From NCBI RefSeq assembly GCF_964204645.1, contig NC_134029.1:19648950-19712949 (forward strand): DNA of 64,000 nt, in the 5' to 3' direction. The stretch comes from Tubulanus polymorphus (lineage: Eukaryota > Animalia > Nemertea). A program made the translations under genes and the position numbers. How positions within the stretch are numbered: the stretch's first letter is position 1; each line of letters starts with the position of its first letter. The notes under the pieces were generated by a model. The model searched no databases. It was not told the DNA's origin and saw only the letters and a program-made list of their open reading frames with translations. Positions 55,170 through 64,000 of this stretch are shown one piece after another.

Positions 55170-56024
55170 CTATTTCGTCGCCTTTATTTACGAAATAGCC
55201 TAAATATCTGTCATTCGAAAGATAAGCTCTGATTGAGACACGGCAAAGTCTAATGGCGAACGTATTTCCTTTTACAAAACGACCAAAGCACTTCTTGCTA
55301 AGTCAGTCAGATTGATACGCTGTGATTGAGTCTACGCATTACAAATAATCCATGGCCATTTATTTCTATGACCCGGCAATTGCTATACGCTGATGCTGCG
55401 GATTTGTGTCGCAGTGGAGCATGCATATCGACCATCACCGCAATCGTATCTGACAAGCCACTAATGTCACCGGAACGTAGAATGTAGACTGTCCAATTCA
55501 ATGATGTCAAAACTGGCGTACGCAAAACACAGCACGGTTGCCTAACTTGTTGCTTCGAGCGCCAGTCATCAGTCTGGAAACGAGCGAATTGAAATGAGAA
55601 ATATTGAATTTTTAGTCATCTGAAAATTCGGGATCCGAATTGGATTATTGGATGCTTGATGGAAAATCCATTTGAAGATATGAAAATTTGCTTTTTAGTC
55701 CCGGCGGCTCGAAAGCTCAAACGACAACGTAAATCAATTCAGATTTGTTTACTTTTTTGCTCGGATTGATTTCTTGTTCATTCACCGCTTGTCTTTACAC
55801 CGCAAATACAAATTTTCAACGATCGCCCCGACGCTCCGAACATGCCGCATCGACGTGGCCGAAGAAAAAAGAGCAAGTTTTGCTTTCGCAATCGAACTAA
55901 AACACCCCAAACTTAATCCTGATGCCGGCCAGATTCGTCTAGTTTATGGGAAAATCTAACTATCATCGACTACGTATATGAATGGGGTATCGTCACTAAC
56001 CAGATGGCGCTACAATACACTCAG

Positions 56025-56159
56025 TTGTGATGTTTTATTAAGACAAGTTTATATTTTCTGTTAATTGTAAATATTGTATACTTTGTGTAAGTCTCCCTCC
56101 ATGTACCGTAGAAATGGTTGGAGTGTAAATAAAATCCTAATCTTAATTCTTATCCTTAT
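56025..56159 (+). mobile_element. LINE 3' tail remnant
   Basis: T-rich UTR, small stem-loop, AATAAA at 56128-56133, then a degenerate (ATCTTA)n tail. Confidence 0.45.
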
Positions 56160-58274
56160 ACGTAGCGAAAATTACTTCATTTTCAATGAACTTTGAACTG
56201 TATTTTTAGGCTCCCAAATGGAAATGTTGTCGAATAAGTAATCAAATAGATATAATATTGACATTCCCAATAAGTGCGTGGTATAGTTTTACTGGAAATT
56301 GATTTACTAATGAGAAAAGTTGACTCGAAGTTGAAGCGCGGTAACCGAGAAACCACTCGCGAACCTGGCGGATCCTCGCCTGCCATACGTGGAATCTTCG
56401 ATTGCCACAGTAGCGGTGCGAGTATGCCATTGCAGATAACCTGAAATATTACCTCAATTACATCAAAATACGGATCAACAGATACGGATTAAGTTCGCGT
56501 GTTCCTCTTCGGTCATCATCAAACGCATTTTTACTTTACCAGTCAAGTTTTCCGAATTGCCTTTTTTTTATTCGAAAGTTAGTTCTTCCGTATTCGCGTC
56601 ATCAAGCGGATTAGCAACGCACGCGTCGCAGTTTTTTTCCAATTTAAAAAAATCCCAGCCAAAGAGAAGCCCGAAACGACACAGATAACGAACGACCGCC
56701 GAGTTAAGTCGAAGATCTGGTTACTTGATGTGGACGGTCGTGCTGCTTCAATTTGCAAAGCTCGCAACGGTTGATATTCTGCGTCGAAGCCCGCTAAATC
56801 CGACGGGATAATTATATCGGCGCGGTTTATTTTGCATAAAATTAATCTCCGTATACAATTACAAGACGTCGGCCATACGATGTCGGTTGACGGCAATATC
56901 AATGTTGACCGAGGGGCGTTTTAACCCTTTCGCACCCGCGGTGCCGACGGCCGCCGTCGAGCTGAGCGCAATTTTTGCCAACTCAAATCTAGTCCGCTAT
57001 TGCGGTCTTGAGGGATTCGCCGGCCATAACCCTTGAAACAATTTTCTCAACTCCTCGCGCCTTAATTGCCTGTCTAGTATGCGTGTCATGTCGCTATATT
57101 TCATCTGTAATTGTCAGCCTTTATTCAATATCCATACGAACATCAAGGGAGTTTCTGCGGCGAGATTTTTCTGCGGTATCTAATATAAAGATTTAGTGTA
57201 AGGGATATCAGCCCCATGGGTTTAATTGTAACGATTGTCAGACTGGCACGTCGCTCGGGGGGCCAGAATAGAGGTTATTTCATTACGAAGTCCAGTTAGT
57301 CGGTTCTCGGTAAGTCTGCCAAGTTTCTGCGTCTGCGTTCTTAATGAAATGGGCCTCTAATTCAATTGTTCGGGAAATACGTCCGTGATTTTATCCTAAA
57401 CGATGGCAGTACGTAACGTAATTACATTTCTATTTAAATGATGACAACTCGGCGCTTTGATGACAGTGAATCGGCGAGGGGAGTTCACGACATTAAGCCG
57501 GTGCATGTAGTAGATCTATCTTCTTACTTTCCAAGAACAGATAATTATGTAGTAATGAGCGATGTAACATAAATATATTTTATATATTGGGAAAGCACTC
57601 TTCGGTGTAATGTTGTAGACTTAGAACGTCTTAAAGCGTTTTTCAACGAATCTGGTAAGATAACTTAGTCTGGGTATGACCAGGCGAATGCGTTTCAGCG
57701 AGATCTATTTGCTCTGATTTAATCGGCATGATATGCATGGAAAATGAATGCCGCGATCACTCTTCCTTGTTTGTACAGCAATCCTTCCGTGTTGTTCGGG
57801 CCGTTCCATTAACGCAACCGAACTGAAGTGTTGGCATTTCTCTTAGGAGACGCCATTATACGCGGCTAGTGATAATATATAGTATCTGGCGAGATGATGA
57901 AAAACCAAACGCTTCCGGTCACCGACCAACGCGCCCATACAGAAAAAATGAGTTTCTGAAAAAAACTAGTCTCTCGCTTCGAGACGCATTACGTATTCGC
58001 TCTCAATCATCGGTGTTGTAAGATTGTGTACACAAGCTAACGATCTATCTATTCATTATAAAACATCGATTCTCGGCAATCTGACATGAACATCTGACTC
58101 GGAAGTCTGTGAAAATGGATTCGACAGCCAACTTTCATTTGCAATATTTCCAATGATTTTCTGCGCAACACGTGCCCGTAATTCGATTACCAACCTTATA
58201 ACACACATGTTGGACAAACCTATCTATCACGTCGGTACCGTTCAGGGCATCGCGCAGATATAGCGATGACGATC

Positions 58275-58581
58275 CAGGCCCGTGCTGAGTAGAGGGGGGT
58301 GTTCGGGGGTAGCGAACGAATCCTCTAAAATTATAAAAGTGCCCTTCAAAAAGTCAGTGTCAACAAATTTGGGTCAAGATTTTTTGAAATCTAGATACAA
58401 CATACTTGTTTTTTTAATTGAAATTGAAAATTATAGATTCCCCAAAGATATATTCAGGTACCCGGGCACCCGGGTATTCAAGATATGGTCTTTTTCGACA
58501 GGAAAGTGGCCATTTTCACGGTAAATAATCCTTTTTTTCCTTGAAATAGAACTGCCCCCAAAATAGCTCAGCACGGGCCTG
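58275..58581. mobile_element. hAT-like MITE family C, copy 2
   Basis: Perfect 15-bp TIR CAGGCCCGTGCTGAG / CTCAGCACGGGCCTG. No clean 8-bp TSD. Confidence 0.85.
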
Positions 58582-61545
58582 CTGATCGAAATCAAGAATG
58601 ACGGTAAGAGAGACGCTAAAATCGTCTTCAACGCATACGCGACCTGACTGCTGCGACGAACACACCAGGATAAAAAGAACTACATATTCTAATTATGATG
58701 TCGAACATTTCTCATTAGCAGGCATAATGAATCTCATACCCTGTGACATGAATCAATACTGCAGCTGAGAGCGAAACGAGAAAAAGATCTCACTCAAACG
58801 AAACTAGCACGAAGTTTCTAGAAGCACACTGCGTTCTTTATTGACGCAGCCCGACCGCAATGATGACTATACCTGCTTAGCGTACTGGTGTCCTTCGAGG
58901 AAAAAAACTAACACTGCTGATGCAGGGACCCAAGCCCCGCCCTTTTTGCCAAGATTACATTATTGCCTTGTAACTTTGATTTTAAATTACTGTAGATGCT
59001 CAGAAAATGGTTAATTTTCTTTATCTTCTTAACACTAACCCTAACCCAATTTCCCCTGATGACTAGACGCCTAAGTTTGCTCTTCGTTTTCTGTTTATAC
59101 AACGAGACCTAGGAAGTTTTTAGCCCCCCCCCCCCCAAACCAACTTGAAATTCCCGGATTCATCAACTCCACCAAGTACTTTTGAAGTAAAGTAGAATAA
59201 GTGATCGTCTTCGGTGGAAAAATTCTCATAGACGATAAGAAGAGTCACATTATGGTGTTGTCACCCGCTGCTCGTATTCACCAGTCATTTCTACCATAAT
59301 CCACAAGCGTTATAAACAACAGCGAAGTACTTAACACAGGCAAAGAACAGCTGCCAATATCCAGAGTATATACAGCAGCAGAAACACCTGCACGTATTCG
59401 ACACATAATCTTGTCACTTCAGAACAGATATATATGCATGAGTTCTAATATTAGTTGCATGGCCCAAGGTTGACATGCCTGATATATACTGCATAGCCAA
59501 AAGTACTTATTAGACATTTGGCACAATGCCAGATGTCCGTTTTGAAGTAAGTGGCGCCAGACAGAGTAAAAAATGAAACTGCATACTTTGAGTTCGAGTA
59601 TCAAGAACTTGAAATAAATACGTATATAGGCCGAATCATATGAACACTTTCCATTACATGCGCATGTGTCAAAGCTGTTTGTGTCACTTAATTCCATGTA
59701 TATGTGCCCTGAAGTGGAAGTGCTTTGCAGGAGAAAACTGCATTATCGACATCGATTATCCTTAATAGAACAGAGAATATATTCTATTACTAAAACCACC
59801 TGAACTAACTTCTACATCCATGCATCTATTTACTTTAGTGAGCGTTAATGGCCAGCCGACATGTCCACCGTCCCTTTCTCACATGATATGAACGAGAGTT
59901 CCTTTTTCGATCTTAGTAAATTTGTCTTGCTAAATATGTTTCGTAGCTACCGATAGCGTCGGTATATATACTTTCATTACATCTTCAAAGATATTTCGAA
60001 GGATGGCAACTTGTTTCGCGTTTGTTTGATTTTGTCCGCCTCGCGGCGAAGATCGACTTCCGCGGTGTGTATTTGATTTTTGACGTTAAAAACTGACGTT
60101 TGAAACCGAGATATATCTCTTAAAGAACCGCTGCGAACGCGAAAAGCATCGGATCAACTTCGTTTATCGAGGCTTTGATGATGCGAAAATGATAAACCAT
60201 TTCGCGGAGCATATTTTATCGAAAGATACGTGATACGTAACATTTCGATAATGCGTTCGTTGACTATGGATTTTTCCTAGACAGAAATTCAATATCAGCC
60301 CGAAAATGGTGTCGATAAAAAACCGACGCAGGCATCCGAGGAATTGACGTTCTGATCAAGACGTTACTTATGCGCAGTCACGGTTCTGTGATTATTTCCC
60401 TCGGCATGGAGCAAACAGCTTGACGAGGTATTTCCACAAATTTATGAGCCACGACGTGTTCAAGACCGAATCCGGCGGGATTTCAGCAAAATGAATGATC
60501 ATATCAGCGAGCTCGAAATTCAAATATAACGATCGGTCGAGTAGCGGTGTCATGACTCAATGGGGAATTTCAATGGCTGTTTTTCAATTCGCTTTAATTG
60601 CGTAGTTATCTATTGATGGTGATATATAGTTCGACATCGGGGGAAATCTGAATCTCGCAGTATTCGGGAACGCGCGCGCACACACGCTAAGCTCAATAAA
60701 CGAATTAAATGTATGGGTATCGCGGCATAATGACATACACACTTCCATACACAATCGAAGGTCAGTGGACAAGTGGATATCCGGTAAACGGGTATAAATT
60801 TTCCCGTCTCTATCCCAATGGATATTGTGCACGGAAAACGGTTTGCCCGCTCCGACTGCGGAAACCGAACTATTGCCATTAGCGGGTAACTAGAGCAAAT
60901 ATTGCTTCACCGGTAACGAGAAAAGAAAACTCACAAAGCAATTGAATTAAACGAACGGTGTAACTTAAGACTCGGTGATTAGGAGCAATTTCCACTTATT
61001 GCCAAAAGAACCTTGATGAAAAATAACCGGCATTACGAGGCTTCATTGAAAGTCTAATCATCGTGATAAGGCTTCGTATGAATTTTCGCAGCCGTCAAAC
61101 CGAAAACTGTTTTCCGAATTTATGCCACTCTTGTATTCAGCCACATTCGCCCGGCATTTTGCGAAATCTAAGCGTATTATTTTAGTCGAGTCCAGTAATG
61201 TAAAAGATGCAGATTGTCGCGATGAAGTTGATGATTTGATAAACGTAGCTATAATTGCATTTACCGACATTAAGAGAACCGTCTAGGCGCTCTTGAATTT
61301 TGATAGACGTCGTCGAAGCTAGAATCGCTAGACACGCTACGCGTCGTTTTCGCAACTTCCTTTTTCTCACACATCGCCGCCTCACACTGCCGACGAATTA
61401 TCGCTAATGCGTCGCGAACGAACGTGAAAGTTATATTTCAAGATGGTACTCATCGACTAACGCTAAACACGGAAGCGACAAGACGTAACGATCTAATCTC
61501 ATTTTAGACTCGTTTCGGGACTCGAAAGCAAACGAGTCAAGATTT

Positions 61546-61770
61546 CAGGCCCAGGCCGAGGGGGTTCGGGGCAGCGAACGAACATTGCGTTGCAAAAAAC
61601 ATTTGGGTCAAGATTTTTCGAAATTTGGATACAAGATTAGACCGAGAATATACACGACAGGACAAGATTTTATTGAATTTCCGAAAATTCATTTCTCAAA
61701 TTCGGATCTTTCGGATTTTGTGTGATTCGTCCCCTTGCCCCTCCCCCTCCTCCCCCGCGCTATAGGCCTG
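61546..61770. mobile_element. hAT-like MITE family C relative, copy 3
   Basis: CAGGCCCAG ... ATAGGCCTG termini. GGGGGTTCGGGGCAGCGAACGAA and ATTTGGGTCAAGATTTTT are shared with 58275-58581. The right half differs. Confidence 0.75.
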
Positions 61771-64000
61771 AAATATAATAGATAGTATTTTCAGTCGACA
61801 TAAATCAATCCACTCGTTATAAATAGATGTTCTCAACTATAACAGACAACCCTGCAACTATATATGGAACTGTTCCCCGAGCATCTTGTGAAATTTACCA
61901 ACGCTACAAAATGTCACGAAATCAGATAAACATTTCCTTAATTGACGCATTACTTAACCGATTTCAGTATTAATAGTAGGTTATCGGCGCGGTAGAAATC
62001 TCGACGCGCCTCGATTTTTCCACCGTCGACAATGAAATTTAAGTCGATGCAGAAAGTATTCTTCCTACGACGTTCTTCATGTCCCATGCCTCATGCATCA
62101 AACACGGTATATATATAGATATATGTATATGTATATACGCGCACGGTAGTTGAAATCTGGTTAGTTTTGTTTCGTGGGTAATTCTATTGTGTGTGTGCGA
62201 ATGTTTTATCCGAATATCAACATCCATTAGACTAAAATATCCCATTAACTTTCACCTATTATCGTCGCGTTTCTGAAAAGCGAGTTTCGTAACGTAAGGA
62301 CGGTTTTTGCCGATTTCAGCCCGATAGAAAAATCTCGTCGCGCGGCTCTGAAATAAATAAGAGAGTAGTTCATAATTGGTTCTGCGCGTTTGTTTTCAAT
62401 AGCTTTCGAAATTCAAACAATTATTTCAAACGTCATATCGATATGAAGTGGAAAAACCGCGTTTAAACATATAATATACCCATGTATTAGATGTGAAAGC
62501 CGAATATGATTATAAAACCACTCCTACACGTTAATGTCGGATCATGTTTGACCTTTCTGTGTGATGAAAGTTTCGTCTTATATGAATTCGTTTAATTATT
62601 AATAGCTTTTTAGATTATTCTATTGAAACAAAAACACGCCGGCGAACGTAACAACACCGCAGTCGTCAACCAGTTCAGGCCGGATGGACTAAGATAGTTT
62701 ACATTAATCGGGACCGAAATTTAAAATCGTGTATGTACTTCGATATATACCAAGCAATTGCGTAAATTGGACCGACCATCCGATTACTTCCAACTTCAAA
62801 ATCAAACCCCCTGTTTCGTTCACGGTCGGTGTGGGGATGGGTTTTAAGGGAAAGCACACAATGAAATTGATAATTCGAGTGAATTAGAGGTAACGAACTC
62901 CCCTATTTCAGTCCACAACATACCTGTCGGGGGTATTCGAGTCTAAAAACCAATCAAAATCTTCGAAATCATTTTCTATTGGCAAACTGCCACACGGACT
63001 GTATCTTAACACTATTGAATATCGTGCACGAGGTCTATATATATTGTTCTCTAAATGATGGGCGAGATGATGTTGAAGTCGGATAGAATCGCGCCGAACA
63101 ACGAACTCCATTAGATTCTGAATACGCCGTATACGAGGTTCGTCTTAAGAAATCGAAACGAACTGAATCGACAGTGAATGTTTATATCAATTTCAATCGT
63201 CAGGCGTTGACACAATACTTTTGTAATTGTCGCCTTTATTTAGACTCCATCGATTTTTGTTCGGACATGTTGAGACTATTTGAGAAGTGGTCGATATCTG
63301 AAAGCGATGACCGGTATTCCAGCCAGTAATAAGAGATATCTGAAATACAAACAATTTCCAAATCATAACGCCCATGCGTATACTTATTCCTATACTTATT
63401 TTAGGATAACGAGTTTATCGAAAAGTAGATTCGATCGAACCCTGAAGAAAAAGAAGAATATATATTGCATTTATCATATAACATAGTCAATCGTATCATA
63501 TGATAGTCTTAACTTTGACCGCGAGCGCATTCTTCGATGTTTTTGTGTCCCAGGGCTATTCTTAAGTATTTAGTTGGGAGGTAGGGCAATATACGTTTCT
63601 TCATATTAGGCGGATAGGATTTTTTTTGTTTATAATGCATTGTTATACAAATACAGGCATTATCAATATATCGACATTTGTACATAATAACTAAGTACCG
63701 GTTCTTTGGTTTCACCTTATATAGCCTAGCCTTCATCTGCACACGCATATCTTCAAAAAATAACCGTCGTAGATTCGAACACGTTTTCACAAACAACGTG
63801 TAAAAAACGACGTAAATATTGCAAAATTAGTTTGATGATAGCCAGACATTGCGTTTAGAGCCTGTATCTTTCACGTAAGCATACTATACTACCGAGTCTA
63901 TATTTACCAATTGCATTTCCATTCGAAAAATGCAAAAAAATCGAGAGAAACACCTTTAGACAGTGCTTGATAGACAAATGAGCCTTCTCGGACACTTGAA

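Noticed and set aside
59034-59048. CTAACCCTAACCC telomere-like repeat
   Set aside because: Only two units, so not an interstitial telomere.
59486-59612. Tc1-like terminus TACTGCATAGCCAAAAGT
   Set aside because: No partner TIR found, so at most an old fragment.

Overview
Eukaryotic, repeat-rich, almost entirely non-coding DNA. CpG looks abundant rather than depleted (judged by eye), which fits an invertebrate metazoan. There is no operon, CRISPR array or rRNA, and nearly all track ORFs are spurious or read through microsatellites. The only long protein-like ORF is a 5'-truncated, uninterrupted CR1/L2-group LINE reverse transcriptase (about 4519-5989). The best host-gene signal is a + strand exon at 12360-12438. 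It encodes a signal-peptide-like 26-mer and ends in a phase-1 AAG|GTAAGT donor. I found no further coding exon, so the intron probably exceeds 51 kb, and it contains a candidate recursive splice site (polyY-CAG|GTAAG) at 38521-38528. A divergent minus-strand exon pair (11809-11909 joined to an acceptor at 10795) may share a bidirectional promoter with it and would exonise a MITE. The rest is many fold-back/MITE families, including four copies with tRNA-like A/B-box inverted arms. There is also a CORE-type SINE, a tRNA-like pseudogene, degraded L2/RTE 3' ends, Penelope-like remnants with decayed hammerhead motifs, microsatellites, and a perfect 278-bp palindrome centred on (AT)59. All calls were made by eye with no database searches.
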